From Ruminococcaceae bacterium OttesenSCG-928-L11 (GTDB lineage: Bacteria; Bacillota; Clostridia; Oscillospirales; Ruminococcaceae), in contig JAJDGX010000001.1 of assembly GCA_030265885.1 (NCBI GenBank), positions 25,080 through 89,079 of the forward strand: 64,000 bases of DNA, given 5' to 3'. Shown in pieces: positions 8,940-20,818 of this stretch; the stretch's first letter is position 1; each line of letters starts with the position of its first letter. The notes beneath the pieces are model-generated. The model saw only the letters and a list, made by a program, of their open reading frames with translations, was not told where the DNA came from and did not search any database. The translations under genes were made by a program, and so were the position numbers.

Positions 8940-11003
8940 TTGAATAAAAACAAACCCTTGTCCCTCGGTTCCCTCTTTGATGGAATCGGGGGCTTTCCCT
9001 ATGCCGGAACGTTCTTCGGCATCACACCGATGTGGGCCAGCGAGATCCTGCCCTCGGCAGTGTCGGTCACCAAACGGCATCTGCCGAATATGGCTCATGT
9101 AGGCGACATCACAAAGCTTCACGGCGCGGAGCTGCCACCTGTGGACATTGTCACCTTTGGCTCCCCCTGCCAGGGGCTTAGTTACGCCGGAAAGCGTCTC
9201 GGTATGGCCGATGAGCGCAGCGGCCTGTTCACCGAGGCCATCCGAATTATTAAAGAAATGAGGGAAGCAACCAATGGAGTATATCCCCGATACGCCTTGT
9301 GGGAAAACGTCCCCGGCGCTCTGTCCAGCGGAAAACCCGCCGGCAGTGACTTTCAAGCCGTGCTCGAAGCGTTCACAGAAGCCGAGGTTCCTTTTCCTCG
9401 ATCTGGACGCTGGGCAAACGCCGGAATGGTGCGAGGCGGAGGAGTTGACCTCGCTTGGTGCGTGTACAACGCCCAACATTTCGGAACAGCACAGCGACGC
9501 AGGCGAATCTTTCTTATCGTGGATTTTGGAGGCGGATGCGCCGGAGAGGTACTCTTTGTCCCCAAAAGCCTGCGCGGGTATTTTGCGGCGGGCGGAACGC
9601 CGCGGCAAGGCCCTGCCGCCTATGCTCCGGGACGCACTGATGGCGCGGATCACTCCAACGACAACTGCCTGACGCCCTGGGACGTGCAGAGCCGCCGCAT
9701 ACACTCCGCAGACGGCACTTGGCCCGCCTTATATGGTGGCCCCGGTGGTGGGCGCGGCTACTGTCTCAATCCATGGGACACCCAGCAATCCCGCGTTACC
9801 GTGGAAGATGGCATTGCTCCAACCCTTGCCGGTGCGGATGGCGGAGGTGGACGGAATCCTGCGGGATTGGTGATGACAGCCGCTTTCTCGCCAAAAGCTG
9901 GAAGCAAGGCCCGGAGCATCGGTTACGAGGAAGAGCGCAGCCCCACTCTCACCAGAAACACCCCCTCGGTGGTCTGCCTCAACGATCAGGGCGGCGACAG
10001 AATGGACGTGGAAAAGGGCAAGCAAGCGCCCACGCTGCGCAGCGTTACAAAGGGCAACCTGCCTGTTATCTGCGCTGCAACAGGTCAGGCAAATGCTGAG
10101 GTTTTTACAGACCTTTGCCCCACGATCACAGAGGCGGCAGGAACCAGCGGCAATAAGCCATATATCATCTGCCGCGCCACCGCCCTTGCCAACGCCGAAA
10201 TCCTGGAGGATAAGTCGGCCACCCTGACCTGTTATCATGAGCAGCCCATTATCTGTAAGGCCATTCATCAGAATCAGGTGGGCGACATTTCCACCTCCGA
10301 TCAGGCATATACACTGTCCACTGCATCCAACGCCAGTGCCCGCAATGCCCCGCTGGTCATGACGGAGGCATATGGCATCAATGCCACCGCCATCGGACGA
10401 TTACCCCATAACGGCGGCAACGGACTTGGGGTGCAAAAGGAAATCAGCCCGACGCTCACCGCAACCGACCGGCATGGCGTTGCTAGTGCGGTTCATCCCG
10501 ATGTCAGCGGTACCCTCTGCGCGTCCGGCGCGGGGACGGCCCGTTCGGCTGGTATGGCAAACGAGGCTGATCTCTGTGTTGCCTATTGCCTACAAGGAAG
10601 TGTAATCGGCCGTGAAAACCGCAGCGGTCCCAACGGCTCCGGTGTCAACAAGGATGTCAGCTTCACCCTAAACACCCGCGATCATCACGGTGTTGCCGCA
10701 GTGGATTGCCGTAATTTCAGGGAAAACAGCGAGCTGTCCGGCACGCTTCAGGCCAAGGAATCCGGCGGCTACTCCCTCAACAGCCAGAACCCGGTGCGCG
10801 CCGGATACATTGTGCGCCGCCTGACTCCCACGGAGGCGGAGCGATTGCAGGGGTATCCTGACGGCTGGACGGCGCTTGACGAAAACGGCAAGCCCATCAG
10901 CGACAGCAAGCGCTACATGATGCTGGGGAACAGCATTGCCACGCCATGCGCCGCATACATCCTGCAGGCCATGGCGGAGCAGCTTCGGAAGGGGGAAGCC
11001 TGA
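8940..11003 (+). CDS. DNA (cytosine-5)-methyltransferase with very long variable region
   Basis: Motifs SLFDGIGG (I), GSPCQ (IV), ENVPG (VI), QRRRR (VIII), RRLTPTEAERLQGYP (IX) and GNS (X); start ATT 8937 or TTG 8940 after AGGAGG; no cognate endonuclease adjacent. Confidence 0.95.
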   Translation: MNKNKPLSLGSLFDGIGGFPYAGTFFGITPMWASEILPSAVSVTKRHLPNMAHVGDITKLHGAELPPVDIVTFGSPCQGLSYAGKRLGMADERSGLFTEAIRIIKEMREATNGVYPRYALWENVPGALSSGKPAGSDFQAVLEAFTEAEVPFPRSGRWANAGMVRGGGVDLAWCVYNAQHFGTAQRRRRIFLIVDFGGGCAGEVLFVPKSLRGYFAAGGTPRQGPAAYAPGRTDGADHSNDNCLTPWDVQSRRIHSADGTWPALYGGPGGGRGYCLNPWDTQQSRVTVEDGIAPTLAGADGGGGRNPAGLVMTAAFSPKAGSKARSIGYEEERSPTLTRNTPSVVCLNDQGGDRMDVEKGKQAPTLRSVTKGNLPVICAATGQANAEVFTDLCPTITEAAGTSGNKPYIICRATALANAEILEDKSATLTCYHEQPIICKAIHQNQVGDISTSDQAYTLSTASNASARNAPLVMTEAYGINATAIGRLPHNGGNGLGVQKEISPTLTATDRHGVASAVHPDVSGTLCASGAGTARSAGMANEADLCVAYCLQGSVIGRENRSGPNGSGVNKDVSFTLNTRDHHGVAAVDCRNFRENSELSGTLQAKESGGYSLNSQNPVRAGYIVRRLTPTEAERLQGYPDGWTALDENGKPISDSKRYMMLGNSIATPCAAYILQAMAEQLRKGEA
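9274..9672 (+). CDS. Nested out-of-frame ORF resembling the beta polypeptide of M.EcoHK31I-type methyltransferases
   Basis: LSWILE...YSLSPKACAGILRRAERRGKALPPMLRDAL motif; ATG preceded by AGGGAAG; lies in the +1 frame over motifs VI-VIII. Confidence 0.65.
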   Translation: MEYIPDTPCGKTSPALCPAENPPAVTFKPCSKRSQKPRFLFLDLDAGQTPEWCEAEELTSLGACTTPNISEQHSDAGESFLSWILEADAPERYSLSPKACAGILRRAERRGKALPPMLRDALMARITPTTTA

Positions 11004-11416
11004 TGCCGTATGTCCAGATCCCCAAGGATTTAGGGCGTGTCCGTACAAAAGTGGCCCTCAATCTCACCAAAAGGCAGCTCATCTGCTTCGGCTGCGCCGC
11101 CGCCATCGGCATCCCGGTGTACCTGCTCACCCGCGCTCCCCTGGGCACAGAGGCCGCGGTGCTGCTGATGATCGGCCTGATGCTGCCCTTCTTCTTCCTC
11201 GCCATGTACGAGAAGGACGGTCAGCCCGCCGAGAAGGTTCTCCGCAACATGCTCCGCGCCCGGCTCTGGCCGGGGAAGCGGCCATATAAAACTGACAATC
11301 TGTATGCGTATTTGCAGAAAGGGGGACATGACATTGGCCAAAACAAAGCAACAGCGAAAGCAGGAAAGGCGTCTGCAAAGCAGCATCCGGCAGGCAAAAA
11401 AGGACCGCGCCGATAG
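11003..11416 (+). CDS. prgI: PrgI-family (VirB3-like) conjugation membrane protein
   Basis: MPYVQIPKDLGRVRTKVALNLTKRQLICF...YEKDGQPAEK; two hydrophobic helices; directly precedes virB4. Confidence 0.9.
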   Translation: MPYVQIPKDLGRVRTKVALNLTKRQLICFGCAAAIGIPVYLLTRAPLGTEAAVLLMIGLMLPFFFLAMYEKDGQPAEKVLRNMLRARLWPGKRPYKTDNLYAYLQKGGHDIGQNKATAKAGKASAKQHPAGKKGPRR

Positions 11417-13610
11417 GCAGACCACATTGCCCGGCACTAAGCCGCCCACCCGCAGGGGCGGTGTGCGGCCGCGCTCCAAAGCCGCTCCCGCCTCCGGATT
11501 TTCTTCCAGCTTGTCGACCCGGTTCTTTGGCCGGGCCGACGCGCCCCAGACCGTGCAGCAGAGCATTCCCTACCGGGAAATGTACCGCGACGGCATCTGC
11601 AGGGTGAACGAAAAATTGTACACCAAGACCATCCAGTTCTTCGACATCACCTATCAGCTGGCACAGAATGAGGACAAGACGCAAATCTTCGAGAACTACT
11701 GCGATTTCCTCAACTTTTTTGACAACTCCATTCCGTTTCAGCTCTCTTTCATCAACCAGAAGGGCAACATCAAGGAATTTCAGAAAAGCATTGACATTCC
11801 CGACCGGGAGGATGAGTTCAACTCGATCCGGCGCGAATATGCCGATATGCTGAAAAGCCAGCTGGCCAAAGGGAATAACGGCCTTGTGAAAACGAAATAC
11901 ATCACCTTTGGCATCGAGGCCGACAGCCTGAAAGCCGCCAAGCCCCGGATCGAGCGGGTGGAGGCGGATATCCTGAACAACTTTAAGGTGATGGGCGTTC
12001 AGGCACACTCCCTGACCGGGCTGGAGCGGCTGGAGGTGCTCCACGGCCAGTTCCACCCGGATGGGCGGGAAAAGCTGCGGTTCTCATGGAAAGACCTGCC
12101 GAAAACAGGGCTAAACACCAAGGATTACATTGCTCCCTCATCCTTCGATTTCCGGGACAGCCGCACCTTCCGCATGGGCGAGCACTACGGCGCCGTCAGC
12201 TTTGTGCAGATTCTGGCACCAGAGCTGACTGACCGGATGCTGGCGGATTTCCTCGATCTGGACGATGCCGTCACAGTCAACATGCACATCCGCTCCATTG
12301 ACCAGAGCGAGGCCATAAAAACGGTCAAGCGGAAGTTGTCTGATCTCGATAAAATGCGAATTGAGGAGCAGAAAAAAGCGGTGCGCTCAGGCTATGATAT
12401 GGATGTGCTGCCGCCCGATCTGGTGACCTACGGCGATGAGGCCAAGTCGCTGCTGACCGACCTGCAATCCCGCAATGAGCGGATGTTTCTGGTCACCATC
12501 ATTCTCATGAACACCGCCCGGAAAAAGCAGCGGCTGGAGAACAGCATCTTTGCCGCCTCCGGCATCGCGCAGAAATATAACTGCGCTCTGGGCAGACTGG
12601 ATTTCTGTCAGGAGCAGGGCCTCATGTCCTCGCTGCCCCTGGGCCTTAACCAGATTGAGATCCAGCGGGGCCTGACTACCAGCTCCACTGCCATCTTCGT
12701 TCCATTTACCACACAGGAGCTGTTCCAACATGGGGAGGCGCTTTACTACGGCCTTAACGCACTCTCCAACAACCTGATTATGGCCAACCGCAAGAGTCTC
12801 AAAAATCCCAACGCCCTCATATTAGGTACCCCCGGCTCCGGTAAATCCTTTGCCGCCAAGCGGGAAATCACCAATGTTTTTCTCATGACGGGCGATGATA
12901 TCATTGTCGCAGATCCCGAATCCGAGTACCATCCCCTGGTTACCCGGCTGGGCGGTCAGGTGGTGAAGCTGTCGCCCACCTCCACCCAATACCTCAATCC
13001 CATGGACATCAACATGGATTACGATGATGAAGATCCCCTCACCCTCAAAAGCGACTTCATCCTCTCCTTCTGCGAGCTGGTCATCGGTGGCAAGGAGGGA
13101 TTGAAGCCGGTGGAGAAAACCATCATCGACCGCTGCACCCGGCTGGTTTACCGGGATTACCTCACCGATCCCAGCCCCGAACGCATGCCGATTCTGGAGG
13201 ATTTGTACAACCTCCTGCGGAAGCAGGTGGAGCCGGAGGCGCAGCACATCGCCACCGCCCTTGAAATCTATGTCACCGGATCGCTGTCGGTGTTTAATCA
13301 TCGCTCCACGGTGGACATTTCTAACCGCCTGGTGGTGTTCGACATCAAGGATCTGGGAAAGCAGCTCAAAAAGCTGGGGATGCTGATTTTGCAGGACGCG
13401 GTCTGGAACCGTGTCACCGCCAACAGAGCCAAAAAGCGCACCACTTGGTTCTATATAGACGAGATGCATTTGCTGCTAAAGGAGGAGCAGACGGCCACAT
13501 ATACGGTGGAGATCTGGAAGCGATTCCGCAAATGGGGCGGCATCCCCACCGGTATTACCCAGAATGTGAAGGACTTCCTGCTGTCCCGCGAGGTAGAAAA
13601 TATCCTCGAA
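11328..13610 (+). pseudogene. virB4: VirB4-family conjugation ATPase, 5' part (interrupted after ...EVENILE)
   Basis: Walker A GTPGSGKS, Walker B YIDEMH, RKWGGIPTGITQNVKD; similarity stops at GAA 13608-13610 and resumes at 35178. Confidence 0.95.
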
Positions 13611-13637
13611 GATATATTATGTAAAGGGTGGATGTCC
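13608..13637 (+). other. attL of the nested element (GAA core 13608-13610)
   Basis: Arm GATATATTATGTAAAGGGTGGATGTCC is an imperfect inverted repeat of the right arm GGACAAAACACCTTGACAAAATGTTTAG. Confidence 0.85.
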
Positions 13638-13902
13638 AATCCACTACTATTACAGCGGCGGCCTGCTCATTCGCAGCGGAATGATGCGGTTTCGCAGGGA
13701 GGTGATATATATTCATCGTATGGGGTAACGATTCGTTCCCCCATCTTTTTTGTCAGCAATAGGACTGGCAGCGGCGCTTCCTCGTCGAAAAGCAAGCCGC
13801 CGCTGCCACCCACAACGCCGGTCGGCGGTGCAAGGAAAGTATAACACATTTCCTGCCGTCCTTCAATCCGCGTTGTGGCGACGACGAAAGGACGGCTATC
13901 TC

Positions 13903-14241
13903 ATGGAACGTGACTACATCAAAGAGGCGTTTGCCCGAATGAACCTGCAACAAGCCATCAGCTTCCTGCTGTATGGCTCGGACGATTACCCGGAGGAAAC
14001 CCACCCGTACCGGGAAACACTGAAACAGGGCAGCGACCCCATTTACAAGCGGCTGGAAAGCATCTACCCGGATGGCATTGAACTGGACAGGGCAGCTGCC
14101 GACCTCTCCATGGCCCTGACTGCATACGAGTACGTCTACATGGAACTTGGAATGAAAGCCGGGGCGCGGCTGGTGCATCAGCTTCTGTGCGTGGACGACC
14201 AGTTTCCCACGCCGCCGCTGCCGCCCATTAAAATCAAGTAA
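13903..14241 (+). CDS. Hypothetical helical protein (first gene after attL)
   Basis: RBS AAAGGA before ATG 13903; YMELGMKAGARL C-terminal motif typical of small Clostridia mobile-element proteins; hairpin plus T run at about 14260-14290. Confidence 0.65.
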   Translation: MERDYIKEAFARMNLQQAISFLLYGSDDYPEETHPYRETLKQGSDPIYKRLESIYPDGIELDRAAADLSMALTAYEYVYMELGMKAGARLVHQLLCVDDQFPTPPLPPIKIK

Positions 14242-14882
14242 CGAAATACCTTCACGGAGAAGGGGGTCGCAAAGCGCGACCTCCTTTTTGCTTCAGTCGA
14301 GGGGGTGGGTGTTATGCCCACCCCTTTTCAAAGGTCGTGTTTCGTTACCTTTGATATGCCGCATACACTTCTTGCTTCCAGAGCGTATGAGCGGAAGGAG
14401 ATCCCGGTCATGTACCCTGCATCGTTTCCGGCACTCCGGTCGCCTCCAGAGCGGAGTGCCGTCAAACCGCACAAAGACACGAACGATTTTATGCGGTTTT
14501 GCGCCTCTGGCTATGCCGCATTTCAGCCGAAAACAGTGCTTTTCCTGTGCACCATGACGGAAGTTTTTTACCTTGCCGGATGCCGCCCTGTTTCGGGGCT
14601 TCATCCGGGTGTGTCGTGAAACGCGACGCACCGGATGTTTGGTGGGTGGCGTTTCACCACCCCCTACCTGTATCCTATGCTGTGCAAAAAAGGAGCGATT
14701 CTCGTCCCCATTTCGCCCTCTGTGCGCCTTTTTGGAGTCGGAAGGTATAAACCCCTCGCCACCCCTAAATCAGGCTTAGGGCGCGGACAGGAACCGCGAT
14801 ATGACGGGACTTTCCATCCCCCCATCTTCGGCAAAGCGTTACATCAGCCACCCGCTCCAGAATACCGTCACGAAACGCGACG

Positions 14883-15524
14883 CTATTCTTCCCCCGCCTG
14901 GAACTTCTTTCTCATGTCATCCGCATGGCTTTGGATGTTCACCCACAGGGCCGGCGTGATATCTTCTACCGGCACTGTGATTTGAAAGTTCTTGGCGGCG
15001 GACTTGATTCGGATTTGGATTTCCTTGCCGCCGGTGTCCACCTCCGCTCCGGTGATGACCGCGCCGAGCATGGTCAGCAGGGAAAGCCCCTCATCATCCC
15101 GGAGCAGGATGTTCAGCACTTCCGGCACCGATGTGAAGGGCGAAATCCGAAACACATCCAAAAGCTCGTCGCCAAAGGTGTCCGCCATGTGTTCCTTTGT
15201 AGGAAACTCCCCCGCGTTGATGAGACGGGTCAGCAAATTCAGCGTTTTCACCGCGTCCGGGGATAACCCGGTTTCCTGACAGACATCGGCGACCTGATGG
15301 TTCGGATCGGGGATGATGCCCAGCAGATAATCCGCCGAGACATTGTACTTCACGCAGATGGCGCGCAGCACGCCGATATCCGGCGTCCGGGATTCCTGTT
15401 CATAGTAGCTCATGGCTCCGCGGGAGATTCCAACGCTGTCGGCAAACTCTCCCTGGTTCAGCTTGCCCTCGCGCAGCTTACGGATGCGGGTGGAAAATAC
15501 GTGCCTCAATTTGGCAATGTCCAT
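14883..15524 (-). CDS. XRE-family HTH repressor (ImmR/CI-like)
   Basis: RIRKLREGKLNQGEFADSVGISRGAMSYYEQESRTPD...VSADYLLG; RBS GGAGG; divergent from the recombinase operon. Confidence 0.9.
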   Translation of the reverse strand: MDIAKLRHVFSTRIRKLREGKLNQGEFADSVGISRGAMSYYEQESRTPDIGVLRAICVKYNVSADYLLGIIPDPNHQVADVCQETGLSPDAVKTLNLLTRLINAGEFPTKEHMADTFGDELLDVFRISPFTSVPEVLNILLRDDEGLSLLTMLGAVITGAEVDTGGKEIQIRIKSAAKNFQITVPVEDITPALWVNIQSHADDMRKKFQAGEE

Positions 15525-15622
15525 GGCGATCCCTCCAATCGTTGCTGCCTCCAGTATAGCACAACAATCGTGAGGTGTAAATATATTTGTTCACAAATGC
15601 TGTCTAACATTGGGGACAAGCA

Positions 15623-15655
15623 TTGACTGGCATGGGTGATTGGACGATAATATAA
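15623..15655 (+). promoter_or_regulatory. Putative sigma-A promoter for the tnpW-recombinase-mob operon
   Basis: TTGACT-N17-GATAAT with an overlapping TATAAT. Confidence 0.55.
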
Positions 15656-16024
15656 TCAGACGTGAATATGCAATATAGAAATTCACGTTCGTGCCTTGAC
15701 AATTGAATCACGCAGCTCGCCGGATACGGTTGGCCGTCACACTCCTGCATATGTCGGGTCGGAGGCTCGCGCGGGAGGGACGGCAACCGGGGCCCGCGAA
15801 GTCGAGAGGCTTTGCGGAAGCTAACGCGCTGTCAGGTCAGAAAAGGCCGGGCACAGGAACGGGGCGGGGATGAAAGCGGAACACACAAGGCGGGCCTGCC
15901 GTCCTCCGGGGCGGCCCGCCGGAATCGACAAGGGCGAAGTCTGTCCAAAATGGGAAAGGTCGTGATAACCGGCATCATCCACCATGACGCGCACGGGACA
16001 TCATCACAACAACATATTTTTTGA

Positions 16025-18067
<2,043 letters not shown>

Positions 18068-18183
18068 TCATCACAGCGCAGGCGGCTCACGATTGTGGGC
18101 CGCTTGTTTTCATACCATCCGTCATGGATGATTTGAACTGGATAACGATTCGTTATCCACCACATCCGAAGGGAGGAAACTTT

Positions 18184-18519
18184 ATCGCGCGAGAAAAGAC
18201 CACCGGCTTCTATTTCAAGCTGTCGCCCCAGGAATGGGATTGGCTGGAAAAGAAAATGGCACTGGCGGGCATCCGCAACAAGAGTGCCTATATCCGCAAG
18301 ATGTGCATCGACGGCTATGTCATTCGCCTCGACCTGCCGGAGCTGAAAGAATGCTCCCGGCTGTTGCGCTCGGCGTCCAATAACCTCAACCAGATAGCCC
18401 GCCGCGCCAATTCCGGTGGCGGCCTCTACCCCGATGAGATCGTCGCGGTGCGAGCCAGCCTGGATGACAACCGGGCGCTGTTCGGGAAGATACTGGACGG
18501 GCTGGCGAAGATCAAGTAA
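18184..18519 (+). CDS. mobC: MobC relaxosome accessory protein (probable ATC start)
   Basis: SAYIRKMCIDGYVI...SNNLNQIARRAN; GGGAGG lies 7 nt before in-frame ATC 18184. Confidence 0.85.
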   Translation: MAREKTTGFYFKLSPQEWDWLEKKMALAGIRNKSAYIRKMCIDGYVIRLDLPELKECSRLLRSASNNLNQIARRANSGGGLYPDEIVAVRASLDDNRALFGKILDGLAKIK

Positions 18520-18636
18520 GGGGAGTACGATTCGTACACCCCTCTCAATAGCTGCCCCGCCGTTTTGGCGGGGCAGGGGGTTACCGTTTTGGTAATCCCT
18601 GTCTGTGGTGGTGGGTAACGATTCGTTACCCACCAC
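18520..18636. repeat. Four adjacent GC-rich hairpins with CGATTCG or CCGTTTTGG centres
   Basis: Palindromes at 18520-18542, 18552-18576, 18577-18599 and 18608-18636. Confidence 0.8.
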
Positions 18637-18665
18637 TGATCTTTTACAGATGGGAGGCAAATCGC

Positions 18666-20087
18666 ATGGCAACCACAAGACTGATGCCGCTGCACACCGG
18701 CAAGGGCCGGAGCGTCGCGGAGGCCCTGGGACGCTCCACCGATTATGTGGAGAATCCCGACAAGACCGACGGCGGCGAATGGGTGTCGGCTTACGAGTGC
18801 GACCCTATGACAGCCGACGCGGAGTTCCTCTACAGCAAGCGGCAGTACGCCGCCCTCACCGGACGCGACCAGGGCGGACGGGATGTGATCGCCTACCATC
18901 TGCGGCAGAGCTTCAAGCCGGAAGAAACCGACCCGGCCACCGCCAACAAGATCGGCTACGAGCTGGCGATGGCGCTGACCAAAGGCAAACACGCTTTTAT
19001 CGTCTGCACTCATGTGGACAAGGCTCATGTCCATTCGCACATCATTTTTAACTCCACCAGCCTCGACCACAGCCGGAAGTTCAAAAACTTCTGGAACAGC
19101 AGCTTCGCCATCCGCAAGATATCCGACCGGCTGTGCCTGGAGCATGGACTGTCGGTGATCGAGAATCCGAAGCCCAGTCGGGGCAGCTACGGGACATGGC
19201 TGGGTGACGCGAAGCAACCCACCCAGCGGGACAAGCTGCGGCAACTGATTGACGTGTCCCTCTCCTCCTGTGCGTCCTTCGATGAGTTCCTCGCCGCCAT
19301 GAAAGCAGCGGGCTGCGAAGTGAAGCGGGGCAAGCATCTGGCGTTCAAGGCTCCGGGCCAGCAGCGGTTCATCCGCTGTGATTCCCTGGGGGACGATTAC
19401 ACCGAGGACGCCATCCGGGAGCGTCTGTCCGGCAAGCGGGTGGTGGCTCTGAAATCCAAGCCTGCCGTGGCGGCAGTTTCCACGGAGAAGCCAAACTTAC
19501 TCATCGACATCCAGGCCAAACTCCAGCAGGCATATAGTCCCGGCTTCGAGCGGTTCGCCAAGCTGTTTAACCTCAAGGAGATGGCGAAAACCCTGATCTA
19601 CTTGCAAGAACACGGTCTCACCGATTACGATGCCCTGGCCGCTGCCGCCTCCGCCGCGTCGAAGGAATACCACGGTCTGGTTGACCAGTCGAAAGCAAAC
19701 AGCGCCCGGATGGAGGAGATCGCAACCTTGCAGAAACACATCGGAGCCTACCGCAAGACCAAGGACGTCTACCGCCAGTATGTACAGGGCGGCAGGGATG
19801 CGGATTTCTACGAGGCCCACCGGGCCGACATCATGCATTGCGAGGAGGCCAAGAAACACTTCGACGCCTGCGGCTACGGCAAGGGCGTGAAAATCCCCAG
19901 CATGGATATGCTCAAAAAAGAGTACGCCACCCTCGCCTCCGAAAACAGGAAGCTGGCACCCCGGTACAAGCAGGCGCGGCAGAATATGATGGAGCTGCTC
20001 ACCGCCAAGAGTAACGCTGACCGTATCCTCGGCGTATCGATGGAGCAACAGAAACATCGTCAACCGGAACAGGATTATGCGCTGTGA
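18666..20087 (+). CDS. MOBP-type relaxase
   Basis: MATTRLMPLH...DYVENPDKT, AYHLRQSF and HVDKAHVHSHIIFN (3H motif). Confidence 0.95.
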   Translation: MATTRLMPLHTGKGRSVAEALGRSTDYVENPDKTDGGEWVSAYECDPMTADAEFLYSKRQYAALTGRDQGGRDVIAYHLRQSFKPEETDPATANKIGYELAMALTKGKHAFIVCTHVDKAHVHSHIIFNSTSLDHSRKFKNFWNSSFAIRKISDRLCLEHGLSVIENPKPSRGSYGTWLGDAKQPTQRDKLRQLIDVSLSSCASFDEFLAAMKAAGCEVKRGKHLAFKAPGQQRFIRCDSLGDDYTEDAIRERLSGKRVVALKSKPAVAAVSTEKPNLLIDIQAKLQQAYSPGFERFAKLFNLKEMAKTLIYLQEHGLTDYDALAAAASAASKEYHGLVDQSKANSARMEEIATLQKHIGAYRKTKDVYRQYVQGGRDADFYEAHRADIMHCEEAKKHFDACGYGKGVKIPSMDMLKKEYATLASENRKLAPRYKQARQNMMELLTAKSNADRILGVSMEQQKHRQPEQDYAL

Positions 20088-20208
20088 TCGCCACACTCAT
20101 CCTTCTCTGTGAAGGTAAAAATGCCCGCCGTCAGGCGGGCACCATATATCGCAGCAGACGCCGACAGGCGGCTTAAAGGGAGGCCCGCCAACGGCGGGTT
20201 TCCATGCG

Positions 20209-20268
20209 GGGGCTTGGGGGATTTCCCCCAACAAGCAGTCCCGGTATATACCGGGACATTGCTTGCCG
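20209..20268. other. Candidate oriT of the nested element
   Basis: Hairpins TTGGGGGA/TCCCCCAA and GTCCCGGTA/TACCGGGAC followed by TGCTTGCC, resembling the pC221-type MOBP nick motif; just downstream of the relaxase. Confidence 0.5.
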
Positions 20269-20818
20269 GTTACCGTATTCCGCAGTTCTTCCCTTAGCGA
20301 GAAACGGCTTGGTTACTGTATTTGCTCTCTATACTGCGCCGCATGATATGAATAATTTGGAAATTATTTGTTATCATATAGACTTTTATTTGGCTATCTG
20401 TTAAAATAATAATATGAAAAATTTTCCAAATTGCATTTCTCTTTTATGAGATTATTTTTGCCACATAAATAAGTTTTAAAATTAGAATTGAAAAAGCAGA
20501 ATTAATTTGAAGCCTACTGAAAAATCTCAAATTACGAGGAGAAAGGAGGAAGGAAATTTTGAAGATAAGCGAGCTGCCGCCAAAGGACGAACACCCTGTT
20601 TTTCCATGTGAAACACCGCGTTAATCAATTATCATTTGGATGTTTTGAAAAATGAGCTCCTCGCTTTTCTCCCGAGAACAGCAGTCTTTGCGTTGTTGTG
20701 AAATCGCTCGGATATCTCATGTCATCACCCTATGGGTATATCGGCAAAATGCCATATCCATTGAGAATGGGTTCTAAAAAGTACTGTGCATGACAAAATG
20801 ATAAGGAGACGTAATTTT

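Noticed and set aside
13611-13844. Last 77 aa of the 846-aa 'VirB4' ORF in the track
   Set aside because: Read-through into attL of the inserted element; the true C-terminus is at 35178-35405.
18520-18636. Possible mini CRISPR array
   Set aside because: The units are different palindromes, not identical repeats with spacers, and there are no cas genes.
20530-20815. Riboswitch (e.g. c-di-GMP) or 21-aa leader peptide upstream of the sulfotransferase
   Set aside because: GGCAAA and some stems are present but the second conserved stem is not; the short TTG ORF has no supporting features.
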